Assembly (NCBI GenBank): GCA_976226885.1
Contig: OZ320319.1
Span: 35,836,001-35,900,000, forward strand
Length of the DNA: 64,000 nt
Reading direction: 5' to 3'
Source: Iphione sp. A-MEVVRFRX5
Lineage: Eukaryota
In this document: positions 38,701-51,900 of the stretch, in pieces
Layout: each line of letters begins with the position of its first letter
Numbering within the stretch: position 1 is the first letter of the stretch
Notes under the pieces: model-generated
The model's input: only the letters and a program-made list of their open reading frames with translations
The model's database searches: none
What the model was told of the DNA's origin: nothing
Translations under genes and position numbers: made by a program

Positions 38701-41700
38701 TCCTCCCATGCCCAATTTTCAAGCTCTTGGCTTCTCGCGCTGGCTTCGGTCAATGGCTTCGCCTGTGCTCCATTAAGTTGATAAACGCGACGGCAGCGAG
38801 GGCGCGAGTGACTCGCCGCCGTCACTAATCAGTAGGCCGCAATGATTAAGTCACCGTAGCCGTGTGTGCGGCTGAACCGGCCACCTGTATCCATTAGTGG
38901 GATTGTCTATAAGACCGCCGCGGCCACTACCAATGAACCCGGCGCCTCCCTAACCTTATCATTGCCTTTCTCCATCAGGCGACTTGACCGCTTCCTGCCG
39001 TTGCCCAGACCCCACTGACACCCCACTCGCTCTTGTGCGCTAGAATTTTCTTCGCCAGCCGTTTCCGTATCAGCCAAAGTTTCCTGATCATAGAGTGAGT
39101 CGATACGTAAGGAATTATTCATCCCTTCACACTGTAAATACAGTTTAATGTACATGTACAAACTATACAAATGTATTTTATGCCGTAACCATTAGGAAAT
39201 GGTTTGATAACATATTTCTAGGTAACTTTGTAGAACATCGTGATTAAAACCCTTAGGTTTTATTTATGCCGTCGGTCAGATTCTCAGTTTTACATTGTAC
39301 CAATAATCTACCATTATTACAGAGTTGGTTGGGGCTTGTATGATTCCAAACCAGCGGGATGTAACACGCACCCTGTCCTTTGTGTTGCGGTCACTGATAC
39401 AGTGCCCGAGAAAATTGAGTCGGCCTATCTGGCCTGTATTGATATTGAGCGCCCTGAAAGCTGTAACCAAACCTACCGCTACCCGAACCCCAGCTTCACT
39501 ACTGCCTCCTCCCCTATCCTGTTCCGAGTCCATTCCCGGCTGCTAGCGTTAGCTTCCCCACCCAACCTCCACCCCAGAGAACAATCACCCGAGTTCAGGG
39601 GTTGAAGTTAAGGACGTCATTAGGACGTGTGCGGTGACGGTGCCAACTCAGCACTGTGCAGGGGACATTGAGCCGTCAATGTTACGAGTCAATAGAAACG
39701 GGGCTAACTCGAGAGGCCTACTGCTCAATACTTGCAATTTTGCATTTGGAATCACTTAATTTGAAGTACGTATAGATCTGTGCTGTTTCAAGAAAGGTGT
39801 TCGGGCTGTATTGTCAGGTGCATGGTCATATTTCTCAGTTGGTCCCAGATTGAACATCGTGTGTAATGGAAGGTTTCCCCTTTAACATGAGCTGCGGTGT
39901 ACCGCTGTCGTGTCAGTTTCATAGGAAGGCTCAACGTACTCGTGCCCTCCACAGAAAGGACATTTATCCCTCAGGCTTAGTATGGCGGGTACATATGCTC
40001 TAAAATATAGATACATTTCAAGAAGGGTTGCTTGGTACTAAAATGGTTGGCCCTGGTTAGACGGTTGGCTGCACATTGGCCCTCGTGCCTGCTCGTTTGG
40101 TTAGACTATGAGGTGGACGGCAGGTTAATCTGTTTTGCAGGCGCTGTGTGAGCGAGAGCACACTGGGCCAGAGATGGGTAGGAGGATTCTGATGGGAATC
40201 TCTTGTCGAGTCATGGCCACCGCCCACTTTAATGGGAGCGGGCCACATGGTAATTGTGCGTCCGCCATTGAAAATCGGCTTTGATGGCCGAATTAGCGGC
40301 GCCCAGGTAGTGGTAGTCGTGCTGGCAGCAGCCCCAGGAGGAGAAGTAGGAGGAGGGGGCAACAGTAGCCTCCTACAGCCTGGAGAGCTCCATCTGGCGG
40401 CAGGCTGAGGTGCCATCGTCGTTGTTGCGGCCGTCGGCGCCATGGCTGTGGACGATTGCGACGATGGTGAAGGCGAGACACCTAGTACTTAGTCGGGTCG
40501 ATAGTATTGGGGGAAAACACCGTCGGGACGCCACCTGTACGAGTGCGCAGGTTCAGAAATGCGCGGGGATATTATTGATGCAACACAGATTATGCATTAC
40601 TGCCCCGCCAAACCAAGGGTGCTTGCCATCGACGAGCTGGCTACGCCGGGCGAAGGAGATGGTCAGCAGAGCCGGTACCCATTCCACCTCTTTACTCCTT
40701 CCTCCATTTCTCCGCCCCCCCCACCAACCTCAGCAGCACCCCAAACCTGGTGCCAGTTCGCTCTCGTCTCCTTCTTTGCTAAATCCCCCCCTATCCTCCT
40801 CTTCCAACACCGATGCCTAATATAACGCGTGGGAACGTTTCCAGGGACACCTGTCAACAGCAAACGGCCACTGTGGTGCGTCGGCCGGCGCCGGAAGTGA
40901 TTGACTTTTCGTCAGCGCGAAACTCACCTCCCTTGCCACCCGCCACAACGTCGAGTAATAGTCGTCGTCGAGGCATCTTTAATGCCAGAGCACAGCATAC
41001 CACGGGGTAAACGTGGGGCGCTGCAGGGGAGTAAAAGGGAGGTCTTACCGGATGGGGTTCGACATGAATAGCAATGCTCAGCCCAGAATGAAATTCTTTT
41101 CATTCATCCCCGAGATATGGATATCCACGTGCGGATGTGACCACGTAGAGACGTGGAAGAAAAGCTGTTTTTTTTTTCAAATATGACATTTCCTTTTATT
41201 CATTCTCATACACACCCAGCTTATATCTACTGCGGAGAAGACCATAAAACAGGATCTAATATGTTTAATATGTTCATCTTTAAATATCATATGCCGGTTT
41301 CCCAAAGGTAGAGAGAGTCCTATATAATGTTAGACCTCCTCTCTGTCAGAGAGAACCAATCACCCAAGGCAGGTACGTGTAGGTATGGTATGCATACAGG
41401 CCTTGGGACATAATTACAATATGAATGACCGTCGACGTCCGCTTCGCTCCTCCTTACAGTATAAATTCGGCGCAGACCCGAACCCTTCCCTTTTGATACT
41501 GAGCCTTTCTTTTAATAATATTCCTATTCTGTTATTTATATAGGATATCACTATATGCACACCCGAATGTACATGGATCTTGGTATTACATAGGTGCACT
41601 TGTTTTCTTAGCCCTTTACCCTCAACTGTATCAACTGTAACTCTAAAGACCTGATTGTAACAGCTCTGGTCAGCAGGTTTTGCTCAATAATGAACACGTC

Positions 41701-42198
41701 TGATTCTCGAGAATTAGTTTTTTAAGCAATGAAGGACAAGTGTAAAGAAATAAGGCCTCTGCCATCAACTGCGCTGTCGTTTTTGTGCATTTGAATACAT
41801 GTATATATATATAGACGTATTGCTTTCTGCGACCACCTACTTCATTTCATATATATTTACCGCTTGATACTCTGTGGAACACGTTTCAACATGAGTTCTT
41901 ACTACCTGTCCCCCTCTGGGTGTCGATCTTAATTTATCTATATGGGATTTTAACAAAAAACACTTTGGAAGCCCGACAGCATGATCTGTATTCTCCGCTT
42001 ATGTGGTATTTAGCGCAGCCTGGCGACAGATAGCCAGTAAGGGGACAGGCACGTAGACACGGCGCCCGCTCCCCCCCCTCCCTCACCTGCACGCTTCTAT
42101 CCCCCAGCAGAGCAGCTCACGTGGCCCACATTCCTATACTGACGATATCAATACCTGCAGCACGCGACCGTTGGTTCCTGCGGCAGCGGTGTGTCGAA

Positions 42199-42221
42199 GG
42201 CGGCGGCGGCGGTGGCGGCGG
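42199..42221. repeat. (GGC)n trinucleotide repeat, imperfect
   Basis: GGCGGCGGCGGCGGTGGCGGCGG. Confidence 0.9.
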
Positions 42222-42780
42222 TTGTGGAGGCTCGGCCAGCCCCACTCCCTTGAATATGACTCCCAGAATCTCCCATGATCCACAATTCAATATGGTGGAA
42301 GCTGGCTTGGGAATGAGGCTGGATTGATATGGTGAGAGAGGGGCAAGGTTGGTTGGGGGAGGGAGAAGCTAAGGCGAGCACGAACAGTAAGCGGGAGAGG
42401 TTGGTGTCGCAAGAGGTTGGCATCGCAAGGCCATGTAAACGGATCGAGCGCCGAGCGCGAGCAGAATCCACCACGTGCACGGTGGAAACGCGGCAGAGCT
42501 GCTCGGAACCGTTCGCGTGCTGAAGGCAGGAGCAGCAATAGTAGCGAGAGCAGCAGAAGCGGCATCGGCAAGGCGTGTGTGGACCTGAGTGAGCGGCAAG
42601 GTACCGCCAGCACCAGGATTCTCAGAGGCAGGGACCGCAGCCAGCAGTAACTGTCAGTAGGAGGCATCGATTGTACGTCAGATTCCGATTGTGTGACGCC
42701 TCGAGCCCCAAAGCGCACGAACACAACACGCCATTTGCATGAGAAAACGACTGGATTACGCTTTTGTATTACTACACATT

Positions 42781-42815
42781 CGCCGCCGCCGCCGCCGCAG
42801 CCGTCGCCGCCGCCG
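42781..42815. repeat. (CGC)n trinucleotide repeat, imperfect
   Basis: CGCCGCCGCCGCCGCCGCAGCCGTCGCCGCCGCCG. Confidence 0.9.
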
Positions 42816-44155
42816 ACGACTCCGCCCGCTGCCGAGCTGCTCGTCTTTAGCGCTTGGTGGAAGATGAAGACGCCGTCACGGGCATCGAGGCCGCCCACCA
42901 ACAAGTCAACGACACGTCGGCCCCAGCTCAAGGTGCGCACAGCCAAACATTGCGATGCTATCAGGAAGACACTGCCAAACAGCCATTGATTTACTCGTCA
43001 AGATCTCCTGTCGCACCACGCAGCAAGCTACCACTGCGCGGTCACTCTCTCTCACCACAGCTGAGTCAGCACCTTCTATCTTGGTTAGCTACCTGCCTGC
43101 ATGCTGCCTCCTTCTTAACAACTGCCAAACAAATGCCTACAAATCGAGCAATCAGTACAGTACCTGACCACAAAAAACCGGAGGGCATTCATCCGTTGGA
43201 TAGACTTGGACCTCTTGCATGTGTACATTTACCTTGTTATTTTGCATCTTGTGTACAAACCCTGCCTTCAAGGAAAGAAGAAAGAAACCAGATGATATTT
43301 CGCCCTACCAGTTGCATGTTATCCTCTACACTTGACTCATTTCCCCCTCAATTTTTATATATAAAAACGTGATCCTCAAAGGTTAGAAAAGATTTTCCTT
43401 TGAATTAAAGTACCCGTGGATGTCTTGATAGTTGTATTGTTCTGTTTCTTTGAATGGTTTGGAACATGTTGTATTCGAATGCCCTTATCCTCCGATGACC
43501 ACTGTATATATTACTGTATCCCGTGTCCTAGTACTATCTGCATACTACCATCGAACTGTACTGAGGTCATCTGCTGCATGAATAAGGCGATCCAACTGTA
43601 TAATGCAGTGTAACCCGGGTAGGGATATTTGAAACCCCATCCTTTGTAATGAATACCGCCTGTTCTTTGACAAGGTACTAAGGGAGAAGATTATGCTTTT
43701 TGCTCTACGCTCAACGCGGCTTAGCGACCCCGATTACCCACCGTGATTATCCCACCTGTACCTCTTCACAGCGGATGGGGTGGTCATGAGGTAATGTCAG
43801 TCTGCTAATGGTGAGGAATTGGTGAGCAGTGGGAAGCCGTGTACTGTTAAAGGATTGAGCTTAGCCCAGAGACAAGTCATAGATACCCTCCTGTGGCTGA
43901 CATGCATCATAAAGGGCAAGTCTGTAGGTAGGTATATTGTTTGCCACAAAGAAGCCATTTCACAATGGGTGCCAGGTGGGTTCAGGTGGGGCGAGGGGAT
44001 AGGTCGTAGAGTTGACCGGCGCGTCAGCTGGTAGCTGAGTCGGCACAATGACAAGGGCTGCGTGGCTGCCATGTATCAAGCTTGTTTAACGGCTGAGCCA
44101 CCCACTGGGCCGGTGCTGCTTAACTGCTCTTGGTGCTGGTTGAGCTGCTCGTGCC

Positions 44156-44211
44156 GCTGTTGCTGCTGCTGCTGCTGCTGCTACCTAGGCTTACTAGTGC
44201 TGCTGCTGCTC
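44156..44211. repeat. (CTG)n trinucleotide repeats
   Basis: (TGC)7 at 44161-44182 plus (TGC)4 near 44198-44210. Confidence 0.9.
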
Positions 44212-45771
44212 GGAGAGCTGCTTCTGCAGCTGCTTCCCTTAGCACCGCTGCCTCCACTGCTAGACGGCAATGCCCTCATTGCCTCTAGTTCCATACAAAG
44301 CCCTCCCAGCGCCGCGTGGCTCACCGCGGCTAATGCTGATAGTAGGGCTACTGGTGCTGCTAGCGGGCCGTGCCACTGCTGCTGCCAGGTCGTCCACTTA
44401 GTACTACTGCCCTCAAAGCGCAGTCCTAGTGGGAGAAAATCAATGGGCCCGATCACACATCATCTTAGTATACACAATATCAAAAAACAATTCAAGCCTT
44501 TAAAGCTGCACACTGTCTGACAGCCGGAGAGTCGCCCAGAATATTCATAGAACCAAGGTTGGAATATGTACTTCGAGAATGAGGGTTTATAACTGTGTGT
44601 AGATGCATATTTTTCTGCTGGAGATTGATTATTTGTCATGTTTGTAACCCACACAGCGTCGCTTTCCGTTTGTAGTCCGAGCGAAGATTCAACTGCCCTT
44701 TGCAACAATGATATAAATAGCTGTCACCAACAGACTACTTCTTCGTTAAGTGGATACATCAACGATTTGTTAACTTTGGGGGTTGAAGGCGCGCTCAGTA
44801 GTCCGCCATGTCTTCCCTCCCTGTCCCCGCGCGACCCCCGCCCCCCTCGCCTCCGAGCTCTAGCTCAACTCTCGCCGCCCACCATGCGTTTTGTCGATGA
44901 TCGGAACAGGTCGTCTAGCAGGGTGCTCGCCAGAGGTCGCTACGAGCGGTAGTGGCGGTAGCGGTCGGTGTCGCGGATCAATCCGCCAGTCAAGTACTTC
45001 CTGCCGACAGAAGAGGCAAAACACACCTCCCGCTGCAATAGCTAAGGGCCATACGCATTGTAACTCAGCACAGGGTTCTTCCACAGGGAGACGTAGCTAT
45101 GTAGCTGCTGCTATACGTATACAAAAGCTATAGATCAAGCGACTGGGATGGAGCACTGAGCAGTGGACAGAAGTATTAATTGACCCTGAATGTAGCTGAA
45201 AAGGCGCAAGAGTAATTCTCATTTTCTCAAAGTCGCGGAGTAATTCATCGTGCATATGTCAATATTTAGGGAGCACATCGCTAAAATGATTTCTTCGTCC
45301 CAGTCGTAGCAGTTCTTCTCTTTGCAAATGTTGCCGTTTGGCTCTGTAAACGGTTCTGACGCTCACTGATAATATTGGCTTTTTCCACCCAATACATACC
45401 ATGTACTTACGCGTAAAAACGTATTTGTTACTTGTGTATAAATATTGTTATTTGGTCTGTATATTTTTATATTAAGTTTCAATATACGTGTAGTTTCCTA
45501 TAAATAATACACTCGCATAGTCCCAGCCGGTGTATGATTGGGCCTTCCTCTGAGTCAAGCACCGATCCTCAGGTAGGTAACAATGCCAACGCTGTACGCT
45601 TCGGCATTTTAGGAAATGTCATACTTTATATAGACTCTGGCAGGCTCCCTCGATCGTACCTGCTTTAAATTAGCATCTTATTGTAAGGAGATTCTTTGAC
45701 AAATTGCGCTCTGCATGCTTACACAGCATCAGTCAATTAACATTCACCTATATCCATACCTAGTGGTCTTC

Positions 45772-45906
45772 NNNNNNNNNNNNNNNNNNNNNNNNNNNNN
45801 NNNNNNNNNNNNNNNNNNNNNNNNNNNNNNNNNNNNNNNNNNNNNNNNNNNNNNNNNNNNNNNNNNNNNNNNNNNNNNNNNNNNNNNNNNNNNNNNNNNN
45901 NNNNNN
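45772..45906. other. Assembly gap
   Basis: Run of N. Confidence 0.95.
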
Positions 45907-48900
45907 TCTTCTCCTTCTTTATTCACCAGTCGTGTCTTCCACCATGTATACAGGCAATCGCGATAAAGCCTGTTATTCCACGGTTACTCTGTTTTCCCGT
46001 ATTTTCCTTATTCCTGTCGCATTGACACGTAACATCAATCACCAATAGTCTTCTCGGCTACAAGGCGGCAGGAATTCAATATGATGAGGATTCCATCCAG
46101 AGGAACAAAAAGCCAGCACGCTTCCTCAGGTTAAGATTAAAAAAAAACTGAATGGGAAAGGAGGAATATCTGTGGAGTGAGTCACATTTCAGACAAAGCG
46201 AGAGGGCAAACATACTCCGGCAGTGACAGGCGGCCTATTACCGGCGATGCTGCTCGCTGTTGAATAATGAATGCAATATCGGGATTATTTCGTAGATTTC
46301 ATGGCTTGACTGAAGTCATTCACCCAGCATAACGCCATGATTGAATATGTATGTTTGCCTTTTTCTGGTTGCCTCGCTTATTATGCAAATCCGTGCGGGC
46401 AAATCAATCACGTGATTGCGCGAGGCATGAAAATGTAACCATTTACGGCACGACACTAGTGACTTCTAGCGACTGACGTCCGTGTCCCTTTCCCCTCCTC
46501 GTCATCCCCCTTCGACCATCTACCCTACAGTACCCCGCCTCGTGCCCTCCTTCGCGGTGACTCTGTCCCCACCCACTTCAGAGAACCCTAGCACAAATAC
46601 CCCCAACTTGGGCACCGGCCTCGGCAGCCATTGATTGTCTTTTCTCCATGTAATTATAAGCGATAACTCGGGCTGTAATTGAATTCCTCCATGTCGGCGC
46701 CAGGAAACGGACGTGCGCCGACGTGTTGGTAAATATGAATTCGCCTTGATACACTATATTCATTGACTAGAACACTATTAGCCTCGTGCACGCTTACTCG
46801 CTCACATCTCAACAAACCAATTCGACCCGCCGCCACAAACAGCCCCGAATACACCCACCCACCTCTCGCCCAAAGCCCCTTGTGGATAGAGCGATAATAT
46901 TTATATTCATTTCCATCAGAAGATGGCGAATTGCCTTCCCGTCGCAATTTACCCACGCGCTGTTGTCTCAACTCTATGTGTTGTTGCGGACTGCTTTCCC
47001 GTCGTCTTTTTTGGAAACAAAGCGACAAAGCTCTTTTTTTCACCTTGACCACAGTTCTACACCTTGTCAGGTACGACGACGAGGGCAGCAGTACTGACGT
47101 CATGTTATTTCTGTTTTAGAGGAGTTCTTAACCAAAGGCCAGTAGTGCAGAAAGAAAACTCCAGGCAATTCTCGCCGCCTCTTCAGAGTCGATCTCAATT
47201 TCTAACTGATGTGAGATCTCCAAGTTCAATTAATCTGGAAATCAGTGACAAGACGGTGAGGCAAAAGTGCCTGCTGTATGGTTGCGGTTGATCCACTGGG
47301 ATTGGATGGAGGTGGCAGGTCGACAAGTTCAGATGAATAAATCATATCTGGGCGTCAAACGTTTATGATGGATTAAGCGGGACTTCTGTTTCGGCGGCAG
47401 CCGCCGACAAACGCTGGAAAATGAAAGAATAACACGGAGCGGACGGACTCTGGAGGCGGCAGTAACTGCGAGCTAGACATGGACAGCAGCTGAAGGGTCG
47501 TTAGACTGAGTGAGCTGCTCGGGCAATATAGGGTGCTCACAGTTAAGTCTGCATTGATGGTTGGAAGAAAGGCAAGCTCTTACCAGAGCGTTGATCTTGT
47601 CAGAGGCAGCAATCGAGATGGACCGAATGCGGTGGTGTTGCTTATTGCCTCCAGGCAAAGAGTGACTGCCATACACGTGTTAACGTGTAGCTAAATATTT
47701 TAGTGACAGTGCAGAGGATACTTTTTCATCTTGATTTTCAAAAACAGCTTCCAATTATAAATTTAATTTACCTTTTCATGAGGCCATAGGAGGAAAATGC
47801 CTCCGTAGAAAGTGCTTAAGTACTTACAAAGGTAAGGGACATAAAGAACATGCACTTAGATTTCGTAAATTAAACATTCTTCCAAGAATTGACAACCAGA
47901 GGAATCCATTACGTTTTCAAAGGAACTTTTGGTAATCAGGAATATGTTTGACTTTTATACCGAAAGATATGCACAGATTTTCCTTAATTGTATTAACGTA
48001 TGTACAGGTAATGGAAATACTGGATCCAGCCTGGTGTGAATTTACGATCGAGCAAACCATGCGAATTTCTTGAACGTCCCATCTTACGTTATTACGCAAC
48101 TTTGATTAAAGTTTAATGGTCGAATGTATTTTTCCCCTCCTTTTTAGTACAAACTTTCTGTACCATATTATACATTTGGAATCCAGTTATATTTGTTTCA
48201 GAGGTGAGGCGTATTTGCATAAACTAGCTTTCATTTAATGACTACCTCATACACGTTGCTCATATTTCAGGCAATGCGCCGTGTGCATCTTTAAATTTTC
48301 CTTAATTAGGCGCACCTAGTTAATTCGTACTGTCTCGGAAAATGACGCAGTGTCATAAAAACTACAGCTAAAGGTAACGAATCGGAATGGTTCCTGAAAG
48401 AAGACCTTTCTTATGATAGCGTAGTTTCGGTTTTTGAGGGGAGCTTGTTTATCGGTTGAGGGGAATCTGTAATGCGCGGCTGGGGTTGAGGCTGGAATGC
48501 AGGTTGTTCAGGAAAGTGGGAGGGTAGTGTTGGTGGCCGCCGTTTGGTCTTGTGCGTTTGACGGCTGTATCACCCGATATTGTCGCCCTAGCAGCGATTG
48601 TGGCGCCGACATGCGTCAGTATTGACAGGCGGGCGGCCGCGCCACCGGCCTCAGCGCTAATCCGGCCCGCGCGCCGTTATGCAAATGAAATTAAAGCGAG
48701 CGTCAGTAAGGTGAGAAGACACGTTCAATTTCAGGATATTGAAACGGAAAATGGAGGCAGCAGGGCGCTGTGAGACGGTCTGGCGATAGTTTCGGCCCGC
48801 TGGCTGGGTTATATGGGCGCGTGAACGTTGAGTGAGTGAGGTGGGCTGTATATGGTGGGGGGGTGCATGGGAGGCTGGGGGCGGGGGGCATTGGGCACTT

Positions 48901-51900
48901 CGAAAGCGGCCGGAGCACTGTGAGCAGAAGCAAAACTGCTCCGAGTTAAGGTTTTCTCTACCATAAGAGCCGGCAGGTATACAGTCGACGCCAGCGTACA
49001 CGGAAGCAGCATTTCGGAACTCTTTTCGAGGGCAAACACTTTGAGAGAGGCCATGGTTATCCAACCTTCACGTGAGCACGACGCTAGAGAAAAATAGATT
49101 AACCGTCCATGGGTGCAGGTGTTCGGCAGACGGCTCTGTTGAGAATTCTTGATGCGGAATGCCACATGGGATGCCCTGGGTAAGGAAAGTGGTCGACGTG
49201 CGCAGGGAGTGCAGCACTAATATAGACATACAGACAGACATTACTTCAGAGATATACACGTATCTTTTCATTTGATGTTCATCACGCGCCCTGTATGGTC
49301 GCATCGTATTATTCTATCACACCGTTGTCTATCATTATATCTCTCCGTCATAGATAAATACTAGGAGGTCCGAACGATGGTAATCAAAATGTTCTCCAAG
49401 TCTATCAAGGTACATTTATAACCAGATTAATATATGTATAGCAGACAGCAGATTTACTGCTGAACATTCATCCTTAAAGGATTACATATATTAACACTAT
49501 CCTTTTCTCAGGCGCACTCGATAGAACATACATTTGATTAGTCACTGGCTCAAGATGGTATTATAGCACCATTTGTCAGCGTGTTCATCACAGCCAGGGA
49601 GCTACGATTAATAGTGTTGCCCGTCTTTGAGCTAGTTTAGCCGCATTAAGTCATCAGTGGTGAGCTGCTCGCTCCCCCGCGCATCATCCCCCGGGGACAA
49701 ACCCACTTCATCCCCTCATCAGACAAGATAAAAGAGACACCTTTGAAAGGTGTGTCAATACGGTCTGTTTTCATCATCGTCCTAGGCCAACGTAGCTCGT
49801 GTACGATCAACACTTCCCAAGGAAATCACTGCACACTGTATGTTGGCGAAGTGAGAAAAAAATGCTTCAGCTGACAATACAGTGTCTCATAGCCCACGGC
49901 AGTTCCAGTAAACACCAATACACACAGTCGTCTTAGGCCCTACATCTACCAGCTTTTAATATGTTTCAGGAGCATAGAGATGTAGCGTCAGTGGGTGTAC
50001 ACCTGAAACATTACACAGCGGTAAGAAGGGAATTGGCCCGATGGGGGAAATGTGCACATCCGGAAGGTAATTAAGTACATACATGTATACGTTGTTTGGT
50101 GTTCTCGATGCTGCAACGGAAAGGTGGCTTGTAAGAGAAGCTCTTTGATAAAAACCTGTATCTTCAATTAAGGGTACTTGCCTAACGGAAGATATACATA
50201 TATACCCATACACCTTTCAGAGAGTGATTACATGCGATGTACCTTTATTTTAAGCAAGATCGAGAGGCTTCATATACCATCTGTTTTTTTAAAATACGCA
50301 TATAACAAAAAAACTGTCCCTGCGATCTAACAGCACTTAACGCCAGGTTCATAACTAACACGGGAACTCAAAATTCCAGGGACTCCTCGCGGTTTAATAG
50401 TAGACCGTGCATCTGACTTAATTAACATCCATAAATCGTAAGCTTTGACATTTACCCATTGGAAGGCGTCTGTGTTATGTTTCCTGCATCATATCGACGT
50501 AATAACCTCGTCGCCATAGCGATGTACAGCCACGCCTACGGGAGGTTCATGCACAACCTCGCCGTCTATGTCATCCGGCAACAGTTGTTGACCTTTTCTG
50601 CGAGTTTCAATGCATCACTCCCGCATGGTGCTCTTTAACAGTCAAGTGAGAAGTGAACGCAGAAACAGAAAGACACATGATCTACCCGCCCCGCTCCCTC
50701 CCTCCCTTGGCTCATCCTCTATGGAACTCTGCAGCTGTGATTAGATTATAAATGCAAATGAAGATGAACGCACTCTAAAAGGGATTTTCATTGTGTTAGA
50801 AGCTCATCTGAAAAGAGACTGGCCACCTGGATACAGCATTTGGCGCACCTGATTCATCAGCAGTTAGAAGGAAGTCTTCAAAAAAAATCATTCCCGGGGA
50901 TTTAAACTCCCAACAAGGGACTGGCAATTGTGACATCACTACCTCATCATTTCCAGGTGTTCTTCCTCCCTTCCAGCTGCACCTCGGTAGGTCAGAGCCA
51001 CCCTAGTTCCCTTTTCTGATCATTTCATTGTTAAAGAAGCAGGTATTCGTAATTGATGGTAGGATGCTTTTTAGAACAGAGATTGTATGTACGAACAATT
51101 CATCTTGATGCTTTCTTGACTGCTAAATGGATTTGATAATTGGGCACCGCATTGAGCTCGCTCCTAATGTACAGAACCGAGCTTTCTACAAATGTAGGTC
51201 ACTCGAAATCCAAGTCTTTTTCTGCAGTAATTTTCCTGACAATAATACTTGGATTTTTGTATGTACTTATTAACATGACGGTTTTGAATTTTTACCTAGA
51301 TTCTTTAAAAAAGCATAATCTGCGAAATATGGGCTTATATGTTTTGTCTAGTGTATGCAGGAAGACAGGCTCTCTCCGTGTCAAATGATTGCCACAAAAC
51401 CCCGTCCTCCTCATCAAAAACCGCTGCTGAGGTCGCCATATTCCCGGTATATATGACTAATCCGACTAAATAGAAAAAATATATACTGAAAAAGCTGCGG
51501 CTCTTAATCCGGCCTTTGCCACACACCCTCATGATCAAACGTTATGTGTGACGAAACGTTGGCAACAAAGGAAATCCTGAAGGGAGGGGAAAAAAGTCAA
51601 ATTAGAAAATGGAAAAATTACCAGCCGGCTGCATCACTAACGTGAGCACGGGTTGACGGATTACCCTCCGCGGGGTAGAAAACACCTGTGATGTGCACGT
51701 GTACCGCGAGTTAGTTATCCTGGTATTGAGTGTCTTAAGAGGAAACAATACTAACCTTAACCGCCCTCAGGGCAGTGCTCTAAAACCAAAAGTATGGTCT
51801 CTTATTTCAGCCTGACTCATACGTTCATACGTTATGCTTAAAGTGGGAAAAGACGTGCTCAGTCTGTATCAGCTGCATTGAAAATCTAGTGGATGGATTT

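Noticed and set aside
42851-42932. Possible 82-nt exon (tttAG|...CAAG|GTGCGC) encoding VEDEDAVTGIEAAHQQ
   Set aside because: Entering in phase 1 hits TGA immediately; the donor is weak; no ZEB similarity.
42287-42946. 219-aa minus-strand ORF
   Set aside because: Low-complexity shadow of GC-rich triplet repeats; no recognisable domain.
44062-44520. PolyQ/polyC ORFs over the CTG repeat
   Set aside because: On minus, a TAG directly precedes the CAG run in frame; the ORFs are repeat-derived.
49564-49575. TAGCACCATTTG, identical to the 5-prime 12 nt of miR-29
   Set aside because: The 3-prime half diverges and the complementary arm abuts it with no loop, which is incompatible with a pre-miRNA.
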